Positions 1 to 9,132 of a DNA stretch of 64,000 nucleotides are shown one piece after another; position 1 is the stretch's first letter; each line of letters begins with the position of its first letter. The DNA is taken from NCBI GenBank assembly GCA_965228475.1, contig OZ245817.1, positions 1,088,001 to 1,152,000 of the forward strand, written 5' to 3'. This DNA comes from Myxococcota bacterium (GTDB taxonomy: Bacteria; Myxococcota_A; UBA9160; JAFDDA01). Below the pieces are notes generated by a model. It searched no databases and had not been told where the DNA came from. It saw only the letters and a list, made by a program, of their open reading frames with translations. The translations under genes and the position numbers were made by a program.

Positions 1-462
1 TCCAACGCCCTGACTCGTCTCACGGCACTCTTGGCCGCTCTGCTCGTTGGTTGCGGTGAAGTCGCGGAGGCACCTCCGCCCGGGTCTTCCGCGGTCGTCG
101 TTCAGGTGTTCAAGTCCCCGAACTGCGGCTGCTGCGTCGGCTGGGCAGACCACTTGGAGAGGAATGGCTTCCGCGTCGAGACGACGGATGTCAGCGACCT
201 TAGCGCCATCAAGCGCCGCCACGGCGTTCCGGCGGACGGCGAGTCCTGTCACACCGCACTCGTCGAGGACTACGTCGTCGAGGGTCATGTCCCTGCCTCG
301 GACATCGAGCGTCTCCTGGCCGAGCGGCCTGCCGTCCGCGGCCTGATGGTCCCGGGGATGCCCCGCGGTTCGCCGGGGATGGAGTCCCCGTTTCCCGAGC
401 CGTACACCGTGTACGCCTTCCACGCAGACGGCCAACGGGCGGTGTTCTCGGAGCACGAGTAG
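1..462 (+). CDS. DUF411 (CopG-like) metal-binding lipoprotein, probably 5'-truncated by the window edge
   Basis: CGCC..W..HL...GF, SCHTA, YVVEGHVP and PGMP.GSPGM motifs; LVGC lipobox; frame open from base 1. Confidence 0.85.
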   Translation, partial: SNALTRLTALLAALLVGCGEVAEAPPPGSSAVVVQVFKSPNCGCCVGWADHLERNGFRVETTDVSDLSAIKRRHGVPADGESCHTALVEDYVVEGHVPASDIERLLAERPAVRGLMVPGMPRGSPGMESPFPEPYTVYAFHADGQRAVFSEHE

Positions 463-544
463 CCTGAGCTTGCCTTCGTTCGAGACTCGCCGCGGCACGT
501 GTTTCGAGCAGGCTTGCTCACCGGTCGCCAGCGTCGCGCACGGT

Positions 545-811
545 CTAGGATCGGGGCTGTCCGATTCCGGCAGCGCGGAGATCTTCTTCCGAGGGTCCGC
601 CCCGGCAGCAGCCCGCGACCTCGCCATCCACGACGATGGAGGGCACCGTACGGATCCCGAGCTCCTTGGCACGACGTGCCACGGTCGGCTTCCGCATGTC
701 GTGAACCTCGACTTCGCAGGACACGCACGCGATCCGCTCGACGAGCGCGACGGCGTCGTCGCATGCCGGGCAGCCAGCACTGAACACTTCGACCTTTCTC
801 GTGTTGGCCAT
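545..811 (-). CDS. Small thioredoxin/glutaredoxin-like redox protein
   Basis: VEVFSAGCPAC, GIRTVPSIVVDG, extra Cys (ACVSC, GCC); GAGGAG RBS before ATG at 811. Confidence 0.8.
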   Translation of the reverse strand: MANTRKVEVFSAGCPACDDAVALVERIACVSCEVEVHDMRKPTVARRAKELGIRTVPSIVVDGEVAGCCRGGPSEEDLRAAGIGQPRS

Positions 812-834
812 GGTCGTTGCCTCCTCGATCACCT

Positions 835-1239
835 TCACCGTGCGCCCGACGGCGCCGCATTCGAAGGTGTAGACATTTGCTCCGCCGCACTTCGGGAGTT
901 CCAGACGCTCGCGGTCAGCAGCGCCGCGAGCCCGACGTAGCCGATCCAGGGCGCGTCCGGAAAGAACTTGGCCGCTACGAGCAGCCCGGCCGCACACACG
1001 CCCAGCCCGAGGGGGCCAAACACCCGCCTGCGGCGTGCGCCGAAGCCGATCGCGACGAGCGCCACGCCGAGCAGCAACGCCGTGAGCGGGGTCAACACCG
1101 CCCGGGTTGCCATGAAGCCGAGCCCGAGGGTACTCATCGTCGCGGCGAACGCGGAGAGGCAGACCGGGCAGCCCCACGCGGGTAGCAACCAGGCGCCCAT
1201 CCCGGTGAGCGCAGGCAGCAGCTCCCGCCTCCGGCGCAT
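835..1239 (-). CDS. MerC-like heavy-metal membrane transporter
   Basis: CPVC in the first hydrophobic segment, LGLGF, about 4 TM segments; start overlaps the MerR stop. Confidence 0.65.
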   Translation of the reverse strand: MRRRRELLPALTGMGAWLLPAWGCPVCLSAFAATMSTLGLGFMATRAVLTPLTALLLGVALVAIGFGARRRRVFGPLGLGVCAAGLLVAAKFFPDAPWIGYVGLAALLTASVWNSRSAAEQMSTPSNAAPSGAR

Positions 1240-1637
1240 CACGAGCCCTCTCCGGTGAGAGACCGAAGGATCGAACACGCCGCCGTCGGGCCTTGGCCCG
1301 GGCAGTCCTGGACCGCCTTTCGGAGCGCCCTTCTCACCTTCTGGAGCGACCGAATCCTCTCCTCGATGTCGGCAAGCTTGCTCCGGGCGGCATCCCGGAC
1401 TTCCGCGGCCGACGCGCTCGGGCTGCGATCCAGCGAACGGAGCTCGCGGATTTCGTCAAGCGTGAAGCCCAGATCCTTGGCTCTCCGGATGAAGCGCAGA
1501 TCCAGCACCACCTCCGGGGGATAGTCGCGGTATCCGGACGGTCGACGCGAAGGGGCCGGGATCAGCCCGCGGCGCTCGTAGAAGCGAACCGCGTCAATCC
1601 CGATACCCGCGCGCTTCGCCACCTCGCCAATCTTCAT
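1239..1637 (-). CDS. MerR-family heavy-metal-responsive regulator
   Basis: MKIGEVAKRAG..RFYERRGLI..GYRDY HTH; C-terminal CPGQGPTAAC metal loop. Confidence 0.93.
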   Translation of the reverse strand: MKIGEVAKRAGIGIDAVRFYERRGLIPAPSRRPSGYRDYPPEVVLDLRFIRRAKDLGFTLDEIRELRSLDRSPSASAAEVRDAARSKLADIEERIRSLQKVRRALRKAVQDCPGQGPTAACSILRSLTGEGS

Positions 1638-1654
1638 GCAGCCTCCCTCTGAAG

Positions 1655-1685
1655 ACTATCGGTCTAGACTCGGGTCCAGAGTCAA
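1655..1685 (-). promoter_or_regulatory. MerR-type promoter/operator with 19-bp spacer
   Basis: Minus strand TTGACT-CTGGACCCGAGTCTAGACC-GATAGT; imperfect dyad TCTGGAC-CCGA-GTCTAGA. Confidence 0.8.
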
Positions 1686-1838
1686 GGCTTCTTCCTGCCT
1701 GAGTTGGAGCGACAACTCGACGAAGCGCCCGGGATCCATCCCCTCGATTCGATGGGCGAATCTCGTTCTATCGTCGCGCGTTTTCGGCGCCAGTTGCGTG
1801 TCTTGGCGGCCGTTGGCTGTCGAAAAGCGTCATAAATA

Positions 1839-1870
1839 CAACCTGTTACAGAGGTTGATGCCGGTACAAT
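1839..1870 (+). promoter_or_regulatory. Possible promoter/operator of the MMPL-TCS operon
   Basis: Inverted repeat CAACCT-N7-AGGTTG (1839-1857) followed by TACAAT (1865-1870) in an AT-richer patch. Confidence 0.35.
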
Positions 1871-1912
1871 GGCCGCCGAGGCGGGGCCGGGGCCCGCGCC
1901 GAGGGTCCGGCC

Positions 1913-4249
1913 ATGCTCAACCGCATATCGAGCCTCGCTCGGCTCCTGACCGAGATCAGCGTCCGACGGCCGCTGGCGACCGCTGCGGTTGGCCTGGCCC
2001 TGACCCTGGGGCTCGCGTTCCAGGCCGCCCAGCTCACTAGCGAGGTCGGGTACGCCGCCTACTTCGGGCCGGACGACCCCGCAGTCGATCGCCTCTCCAG
2101 CTTCTTCGAGGAGTTTGACAGCGGGCTGCACGTCCTCGTCGTGTTCGGCTGCCCGGGGAGCAAGGTCTGCTCGTCCATTCAGGATCGGTCCGCGCTCGAG
2201 TTCATCGCCGAGCTCCAGCAGGAGCTGGATCGCCTGCCGAACGTCCGGCGGACGCAGAGCGTGCTCAACGCTCCGATCGTGGTGGGGCCCCTGGAGACGC
2301 GCACGATCGCCGAGCGCAACGGGCAGGGTGACTATTCCCTAGCCGACGATTGGGAGAGCCTTGCGACTCGCTCCCTTGGCGAGCCGTTTCTTGCCAACGT
2401 GGTTGTCTCGCAGGATGGGAAGACCGCGGGAATCATCGTCGAGTTTCAGTCACTCGACAGCGAGCCCGTGCGCGACCTGGTGCACGCGATCCTCGACCTG
2501 ACGCCCAGGTACGAAGAGGAGCTCGGGAGCGAGATCTTCGTCGCGGGCGACCCCGTCTGGACGGTCGTTGCCGACGACGACCTGGACGCGGACTCGCTGA
2601 ACCTGACCGTCCTCATGTTCGTTCTGATCACGGCCATTCTCTGGGGCTTCTTCCGCGACGTCTGGCTGACCGCGCTCCCAGTGCTTTCGGTTGGAGGGCT
2701 CACCGTCGGCATCCATGGAGTCATCGCGTTGCTCGGGATCCCGATGACGACCATCCTGGCTGCGCTCCCGCCGCTCCTAGTCGTCATCGCCATCACCGCC
2801 GCGATCCATCTTCTGACGTCCTTCTTGCGTCACCCCGACCTGGAGCCGGGGCCGGCACTCGTCCGCGCCGCCGATGAGGTCGGCCCCGGGTGCCTCTGGG
2901 CGGCCGTCACGACGGCGGCGGGCTTCGGTTCGTTCCTGCTGAGCGACCTCGCGAGCTTCCAACAGTTCGGTCTGGCTGCGGCCATTGGCTTGGTGCTCGC
3001 CTTTCTCGGCACCTTCACGATCCTGCCGGCTCTCCTGTGCCTTCGCCCTCCGCGCACCCGGGGCCCCGATCGAGCCCGGCTCGGCGTCGTCCGAGAGATG
3101 CTGGGTGCGGCGATCGCAGCCGTCACCAGCAGGCCCGCATTCGTTCTCGCCACGGGATGCGCCGTTCTCATCGGCCTCGCGGCCGGGATCCCCCGGCTCT
3201 ACTACGAGGTCGATTTCGGCGATCAGTCGCTCGTCCTCCGCTCCGTCCGATTCATGGAGGCGAACTTCCGCAAGCCGATGACGACGGAGCTCGTCGTCAC
3301 GGTCCCGGAAGGCAGGCGGATCTACGACGAGGAGAGCCTGCGTCTGCTCCGTCGCCTGGAGGAGTACTTCAAGGGCGAGCCCAGCAGCGGTGTCGCTTGG
3401 AGCTTCCTGGACTTCCTCGAAGAGGCATATCGCATCGACCACGGCAGGCGAGCGAACTCATTCGACGATCTGGTGAACGCCGCGCGTGGCGAGATGCCCA
3501 TCGTCGCCTCGTACGACGGGCTGTCAGCTTTCTGGAGCGAGTCGGCTTCTGAGGGAGAGGAGGGCGCAAGGATCTACCAGGATCGCGCTCGCGTCTCGGT
3601 CCACCGAAGCTGGCTCAACGGTGAAGAGCAGATCCCGTACGTCAATCGGCTTCGCGAGTTCATTGCTGAGGTCAACCGGGATGTCGAAGGCGAGGGGTAC
3701 CGAGTCGAGCTGAACGGTGGGCTCGAGCTCGCCGCCCTCGCGGAGGAGCGTATCCGCGACACCCAGTGGCGGAGCTTCGGGACGGCCTTCGCCGTGGTGA
3801 CCGCGACCCTGTGGGCTCTGCTCTGGTCCATTCCCTCACTCGCCGCGCTGGGAATGATCGTGAACGTACTCCCGGTGATCGGATTGCTGGGTCTGATGGG
3901 GTGGACCGGGATCGCGGTCGATCCCGCAAACACGATGGTGGCTGCCGTGCTGCTGGCCATCGCGGTGGACGACACGATCCACGTATCACTGCGTTACCAG
4001 CGCAGGCGACGCGAAGGTGCATCGAGGCGAGATGCCGTCACGACGACGCTTCTGACGGTCGGCGAGGCCGTCGCGATCACGAGCATCTGTCTGGCGCTCG
4101 GGTTCGCGGTCCTGATGTTCTCGCGGTGGGGCGGGCTCGTCTCGTTCGGCCTGCTCGCAAGCCTCGGGATTGTGTTCGCCCTGGTCGGAGACCTCTTGCT
4201 TCTTCCAGCGGCGCTGCTCAGTCGGGACCGAGGGGAGCCTCAGCAATGA
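1913..4249 (+). CDS. MMPL/RND-family lipid exporter
   Basis: 778 aa, two TM bundles with periplasmic loops, AIAVDDTIH and FGLLASLG motifs. Confidence 0.88.
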   Translation: MLNRISSLARLLTEISVRRPLATAAVGLALTLGLAFQAAQLTSEVGYAAYFGPDDPAVDRLSSFFEEFDSGLHVLVVFGCPGSKVCSSIQDRSALEFIAELQQELDRLPNVRRTQSVLNAPIVVGPLETRTIAERNGQGDYSLADDWESLATRSLGEPFLANVVVSQDGKTAGIIVEFQSLDSEPVRDLVHAILDLTPRYEEELGSEIFVAGDPVWTVVADDDLDADSLNLTVLMFVLITAILWGFFRDVWLTALPVLSVGGLTVGIHGVIALLGIPMTTILAALPPLLVVIAITAAIHLLTSFLRHPDLEPGPALVRAADEVGPGCLWAAVTTAAGFGSFLLSDLASFQQFGLAAAIGLVLAFLGTFTILPALLCLRPPRTRGPDRARLGVVREMLGAAIAAVTSRPAFVLATGCAVLIGLAAGIPRLYYEVDFGDQSLVLRSVRFMEANFRKPMTTELVVTVPEGRRIYDEESLRLLRRLEEYFKGEPSSGVAWSFLDFLEEAYRIDHGRRANSFDDLVNAARGEMPIVASYDGLSAFWSESASEGEEGARIYQDRARVSVHRSWLNGEEQIPYVNRLREFIAEVNRDVEGEGYRVELNGGLELAALAEERIRDTQWRSFGTAFAVVTATLWALLWSIPSLAALGMIVNVLPVIGLLGLMGWTGIAVDPANTMVAAVLLAIAVDDTIHVSLRYQRRRREGASRRDAVTTTLLTVGEAVAITSICLALGFAVLMFSRWGGLVSFGLLASLGIVFALVGDLLLLPAALLSRDRGEPQQ

Positions 4250-6993
4250 GTGCGACCAAGCCGCTCAAGAGATGGCTGGTTGTAGCTGCAGTCGTGGTTC
4301 CGTGGGCAGTCGTCTGGCCTTCTCCGGATGGGCTTCGCGCGCCGACTCAGGCCCTGGATGCACCGCTCGACGAAGGTCTCCGCGTGCCCTTCGCCGCGAC
4401 GTTTCTTCGCACGGCCAACCCCGCCTTCGAGCCGCATGACCGGGTTCTCGATCTCACGTTCGAAGGGGAGGATCAGCTGATCCCGCCGAGAAACCGCGCA
4501 GAGCTGCTGCTCCTGGCGCGGGAGAGGCATGGCGACCGGATGTCGATACGCCTCGTGCGAGGCCGCGATCCAGTGACCGTGCGAGCCAACACTACGACGC
4601 AGTCGGGATGGCGGTCTTTGGGCGCGAACTGGCCGACGCTCTTCCTAGGAGCTGCATTCCTCCTCTTCGGCCTGGCCGTCGGCCTCGGCAGCCAGCATCC
4701 CGTCGCTTCTCCGCTCTTCGCGGTGTCGTGGTGCGCCGGAGCCTGGGCGCTCTCGCAGGTGGACTTGATGCTGCCAGAGGACCCGGGGCTCCACGGGATA
4801 CCCTCGTTGCGCTCGCGGCTCGGGCTGGTGAGCGTCACTCTCCTGCCCGCCTCCTTCATCCATCTGGCGATGCGGTTCCCGGTCGTGTCGCCTCGCTTCC
4901 GCTCCGCCGGAGCGGCCTTGGCTCCCTATGGCTTCTGGCTCTTCCCGGCCGCCTTCGCCCAGTTTCACGTCCAGAATGCGGCGTTCCTGAACTCCCTGGA
5001 GCGCATCGCCATCGGAGCTGCCTTCCTGGCAGCAGGAATCCTCATCGCCGGGAGCATCACCTCGGCGAGCACGATGACCCCGATCGAACGCGCGCGGAGC
5101 CGCGCTCTGCTGCTCGGCCTGGGAGTCGGCAGCGCCGTACCGCTCGTCTATTTCCTCTGGGGCGGGACACCTCCAACGCCGCTCCGCACGCCATTCATCC
5201 TGTCCTTGCTCGCCTTCCCCGCATCCATCTCGTGGGCGATCGTCCGCTACCGCCTTCTCGATCCGCCCATGTGGGTGCAGAGCGCGGTGCTGACCGGGCT
5301 GACTGCCTCGGTTGCTCTGCTCCTGGCGAGTGGCGGTGTCTCCTTCGCGTTCTCGTTCCTCGATGAAGCTGAGCCCCTCGGATCGGCCGAGGTCATCCCG
5401 GTCGCGTTGACCACGACCGTCCTGTACCAGCTCCTTCATTTCGGCCTGCGACGGGGAGCCGCCGGTCGGGTCCTGCGAGAGCGAGCCTTCGAGTCGCTTC
5501 TAGAGGAGGCGAGCCAGCAGCTCGCGTCCGCGAGGCACCCGAAGCGAGTCCTCGAAGGCATCGAGCCGCTGATCCGTACACATCTCGGCGCCAGCGAGGT
5601 CAAGTGCCTTCTCGAAGAGGAGGCGGCGGCCTGTTCCGAGCCCCTCGTCAACCGCGGACTGGATCTTTGGCAAGGCGAGCGCAAGGCACCCGAGGCAATT
5701 GTGCGGGCGCGGTCCCGGGCCGAGGACCCGGGACCGGATGTGCCCGAGATCGTCCTTCCGCTCCTTCCCAGGAGCACGGCGAAGGCGTTCGTGTTCGTGG
5801 GATCGCGTTCCGATGGCCTCCCGTACGGGGAGGACCACGTTCGTATGCTCGTCAGTCTTCGCCACGTCGCTACCACCGCGTTGGAGGCCGCGGCGACGAC
5901 TGCAGACCTCGAGGAGCGGGTGGCCGAGAAGACCACATCGCTCGAACGGGCTCTCTCGGATCGCCAGGCCGTGCTCGGTGCCGCCCGAGCGATCTGTGAG
6001 GCGGACGGGGCTGACGAGGTGCTCGCGACGCTCCGCGGGTTCGCCGCAGCGCATCAAGCTTCCCTCCGCTGGGAAGGCGGCACTGAGGGGGCGCACATGC
6101 TCAAGCTGGCGATCCCAGGGGAGCCCGTGCGTTTGTTGGAGCTCGAAGGGATCGCGCCTCAGCGCGCCGAGGAGCTTGCCCCACAGCTCGGCACTCTCTG
6201 CGCGTTCGCAGGGCTCGCCATCGGTCGGCTCAACCTGCTCGCAGAGCTCAAGCTAGAGGTCGAGCGACAGGCGGAAGAGATCGCCGAGATCAGCTCCCGC
6301 CGACTTCACGCGGAGTTCGTCCGGGGCGTCGCCCACGAGCTGCGAAAGCCTACCGAGGAGGTCCGGCGCCGCGTCGAGGACCTCGGTGCCTCCTTCGCAC
6401 CGAAGCACGCCGACGCTCTCCGGCGGATCCGGGCAGCGAGCCGCGAGATGTCGCGCCGGCTCGACCTGCTGCTCTTCCACTCGGGGGTACGTCTCGATCT
6501 CCAGCGGATCGACCTGGTGCGGGTAGTCGAGGACGCCGTCGCGACCACAAGGCTTGGCTGCCCCGATCGGGACTACCGGCTGAGCCACGACCTGGCGCGC
6601 CTACCCATGATCGGGGACCCAAGCCGTCTGCTCTCGGTGGTCGAGAATCTCCTCGACAACGCCGCCAAGGCGACAAGCGCTGGACAGGCGATCGAGGTCG
6701 GCACCTCGCTGGAGGCTGGCAGCAGCTCCGGCGGCGCCCAGGTCCGCCTGGAAGTCGTGGACGAAGGGCGAGGCATCCCGCCCGATCGCCTCGAAGTGAT
6801 CTTCCAGCCCGGCGTGGGCCTCGAGCCCGGTGGGTTCGGGCTGGGCTTGTCCCTGTGCCGTGAAATCGTCCGCATGCACGCTGGGACGATCGAGGTGGCC
6901 TCCACGCCAAGCAGAACCAGCTTCTGCATTCGCTTGCCGCAGTTCCGTTCGGGGGAAGACGATGACCGCGACAGCATCGATTCTGTTGGTTGA
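4246..6993 (+). CDS. Multi-TM sensor histidine kinase
   Basis: ATGA overlap with the MMPL stop; many N-terminal TM helices; H-box AHELRKP, N-box ENLLDNAAK, DEGRGIP, GFGLGLSLC. Confidence 0.9.
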   Translation: MSATKPLKRWLVVAAVVVPWAVVWPSPDGLRAPTQALDAPLDEGLRVPFAATFLRTANPAFEPHDRVLDLTFEGEDQLIPPRNRAELLLLARERHGDRMSIRLVRGRDPVTVRANTTTQSGWRSLGANWPTLFLGAAFLLFGLAVGLGSQHPVASPLFAVSWCAGAWALSQVDLMLPEDPGLHGIPSLRSRLGLVSVTLLPASFIHLAMRFPVVSPRFRSAGAALAPYGFWLFPAAFAQFHVQNAAFLNSLERIAIGAAFLAAGILIAGSITSASTMTPIERARSRALLLGLGVGSAVPLVYFLWGGTPPTPLRTPFILSLLAFPASISWAIVRYRLLDPPMWVQSAVLTGLTASVALLLASGGVSFAFSFLDEAEPLGSAEVIPVALTTTVLYQLLHFGLRRGAAGRVLRERAFESLLEEASQQLASARHPKRVLEGIEPLIRTHLGASEVKCLLEEEAAACSEPLVNRGLDLWQGERKAPEAIVRARSRAEDPGPDVPEIVLPLLPRSTAKAFVFVGSRSDGLPYGEDHVRMLVSLRHVATTALEAAATTADLEERVAEKTTSLERALSDRQAVLGAARAICEADGADEVLATLRGFAAAHQASLRWEGGTEGAHMLKLAIPGEPVRLLELEGIAPQRAEELAPQLGTLCAFAGLAIGRLNLLAELKLEVERQAEEIAEISSRRLHAEFVRGVAHELRKPTEEVRRRVEDLGASFAPKHADALRRIRAASREMSRRLDLLLFHSGVRLDLQRIDLVRVVEDAVATTRLGCPDRDYRLSHDLARLPMIGDPSRLLSVVENLLDNAAKATSAGQAIEVGTSLEAGSSSGGAQVRLEVVDEGRGIPPDRLEVIFQPGVGLEPGGFGLGLSLCREIVRMHAGTIEVASTPSRTSFCIRLPQFRSGEDDDRDSIDSVG

Positions 6994-8290
6994 AGACCAC
7001 GAAGGCACGCGTTCTCAGCTGAGCGACGAGCTCCAGTCGTCAGGCTACCGGGTGATTTCAGCGGCCGACGGCCGAGAGGCGCTGGAGGCCTTAAGGAGTC
7101 GTCCTGTGGACCTGATCCTGAGCGACTATCGCATGCGGCCGATGGACGGCTTGTCACTGCTCCGCGCTGTTCGCAAGACGCTCGAGGTGCCCTTCGTTCT
7201 CTACAGCGCAGGAGCCGACGCTCAGGCGGTCTTCGAGGCAGGGCGAGAGGGTGCCGTCCGCTTCCTGGAGTATCCGTTCCGTCTCGCGGACCAGCTCCTT
7301 CCCACGATCGCTGAATCCCTGGGTCGCCCACGTGGCGGCACGCCAAGCGTTCCGCGGGCCGGTGCCGACCGGCTCATCGGCGCCTCCGCAGGCATGCGCC
7401 GCGTGCGGGCCACCATTCGCCGCCTTGCTCCGACTGCGACGACGGTCCTGATCCATGGCGAGACCGGCACCGGCAAGGAGCTCGTGGCCCGGGCCATCCA
7501 TGAGGAGAGCGACCGCGACACCTTCGTGTCGGTCTCCGTGCCGGAGCTGTCGGAGGGCGTGCTCGAGAGCGAGCTCTTCGGTCATACCCGAGGAGCTTTC
7601 ACCGGAGCGGTCTCTTCTCGGCCGGGCCTCTTCGAGGCGGCGAGCGGCGGGACGCTCTTCCTGGACGAGATCGGCGACACCCCGCTGCCGATCCAGGTGA
7701 AGCTCCTCCGGGCGCTCGAAACGCGGGAGATCCGGCCCGTCGGTGGCTCGGCGCCGCGCACGGTGGACGTTCGGATTGTGGCAGCGACCAACCGCGACCT
7801 GGCGGAGATGGTTCGCCGCGGAGAGTTCCGCGAGGATCTCTTCTACCGGCTGCGCGGCGCCACCATCCACCTTCCTCCGCTCCGCGCCAGGACGGCCGAC
7901 ATCGAAGGGATCGCGCAGGTGCTCGTAGCCGAGATCGCAGAGGCAGCGCGAGTGCCGCTTCCGAAGCTGGACCCCGGTTTCCTCGCGGCCCTGGCCGGCT
8001 GTCCATGGAAGGGCAACGTACGAGAGCTGCGGGCCGTCCTGGAGAACGTCATCCTCTGGCGGGACGGGGATGGGCCCCTCGAGCGGGTTCACCTGATCGA
8101 GGCTCTGGTGGCCATGAACCCGAATCTCAGCCCGGAGGACCAGCTTCTGGCACAGAAGATCCTGGACGCCTACCGCCGCCACGGCTGGAACCAGGAGGCC
8201 GCGCGCCGGGAGCTCGGCCTGACTCGCGGCGAGTGGCGCAGCCGGTTCACGCGGCTCGGTCTCGACGCAGTGAGGCGTCGAAGGCGGTGA
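6962..8290 (+). CDS. NtrC-family sigma-54-dependent response regulator
   Basis: Receiver ILLVED..LSDYRM; Walker A GETGTGKE; ESELFGH-GAFTGA; LFLDEIGD; FREDLFYRL; WKGNVREL; C-terminal HTH. Confidence 0.95.
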   Translation: MTATASILLVEDHEGTRSQLSDELQSSGYRVISAADGREALEALRSRPVDLILSDYRMRPMDGLSLLRAVRKTLEVPFVLYSAGADAQAVFEAGREGAVRFLEYPFRLADQLLPTIAESLGRPRGGTPSVPRAGADRLIGASAGMRRVRATIRRLAPTATTVLIHGETGTGKELVARAIHEESDRDTFVSVSVPELSEGVLESELFGHTRGAFTGAVSSRPGLFEAASGGTLFLDEIGDTPLPIQVKLLRALETREIRPVGGSAPRTVDVRIVAATNRDLAEMVRRGEFREDLFYRLRGATIHLPPLRARTADIEGIAQVLVAEIAEAARVPLPKLDPGFLAALAGCPWKGNVRELRAVLENVILWRDGDGPLERVHLIEALVAMNPNLSPEDQLLAQKILDAYRRHGWNQEAARRELGLTRGEWRSRFTRLGLDAVRRRRR

Positions 8291-9132
8291 AGGCTAGAGC
8301 TGCGCTCCTCCTCGCGCTCCTGGCTGCGAGTGCCACGGCGTCCGGAGCCCCGGACGCGCTCGAGGATGCAGTCGAGCCGTCCGCTCTTCAGATCGTGGAG
8401 ACCGCCTTCGACCGCATGTTCAACTACCCCTCGGTGCGGACGGTGACCCTCCGGATCCACCGCCAGGGCGACCGGATCACCTACCGCTCCTTCGACGTCG
8501 TCTACAAGAAGGTCGATGGCCGCGGCCGAACGCTGCTGCGCTTCACCGAGCCCGAGTATCTGCGCGGCAACACCCTGCTGATCATCGAGGAAGAGGACGG
8601 TCGGAACGACACTTGGATCTACCAGCGGGAGCTGCGGCGGCCGCGACGGGTCCTCGCAGGCCACAAGGGCGACCCGTTCTACGGCAGCGATCTCTCGTTT
8701 GAGGACCTGGAGCACCACGATTGGCGACGCTTCGACCTCCAGCGCCACCCCGACACGACCTTGCAGGGTAGACGGGCCTTCGTCGTGGAGGCGGAGACGC
8801 CATCCGACTCGCAGTACTCGAAGGTCGTGGCGACGGTCGAACGCGATCGCTTCGCACTGCTTCGGCTGGACCTCTTCAAAGCGGGGTCGGGAGAGGCGAT
8901 CAAGTCCTTGGAGTTGGCGGCGGATGAGATCACCGAGGACGGCGGCATCCTCAAGCCCGACCGCATGTGGGTTCGGCAGCCGGGGCGCGATGCCGCGACA
9001 GAGGTGATCTTCGACCAGATCGAGGACGACCCCGAGATCGCAGACTCGGTCTTCGCCGCGATGAGGCTCGAACGTTCGGGCGAAGATCTCTACCGCCTAG
9101 TCGAGCGGCTGCGCGAGGAGTCCGCGCCATGA
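8287..9132 (+). CDS. Outer-membrane lipoprotein-sorting (LolA-like) protein
   Basis: Signal peptide; LLRFTEP..RG..LL, WIY...RRPRR, FYGSDLSFEDL motifs typical of MMPL-associated LolA-like proteins; GTGA overlap. Confidence 0.8.
   Translation: MKARAALLLALLAASATASGAPDALEDAVEPSALQIVETAFDRMFNYPSVRTVTLRIHRQGDRITYRSFDVVYKKVDGRGRTLLRFTEPEYLRGNTLLIIEEEDGRNDTWIYQRELRRPRRVLAGHKGDPFYGSDLSFEDLEHHDWRRFDLQRHPDTTLQGRRAFVVEAETPSDSQYSKVVATVERDRFALLRLDLFKAGSGEAIKSLELAADEITEDGGILKPDRMWVRQPGRDAATEVIFDQIEDDPEIADSVFAAMRLERSGEDLYRLVERLREESAP

Noticed and set aside
835..1637. Classical mercury-resistance operon
   Set aside because: No merA, merT or merP in the window and the regulator lacks the third Cys
3766..4245. 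N-terminal extension of the kinase in the ORF track
   Set aside because: Overlaps the MMPL gene; the ATGA-coupled start at 4246 fits better
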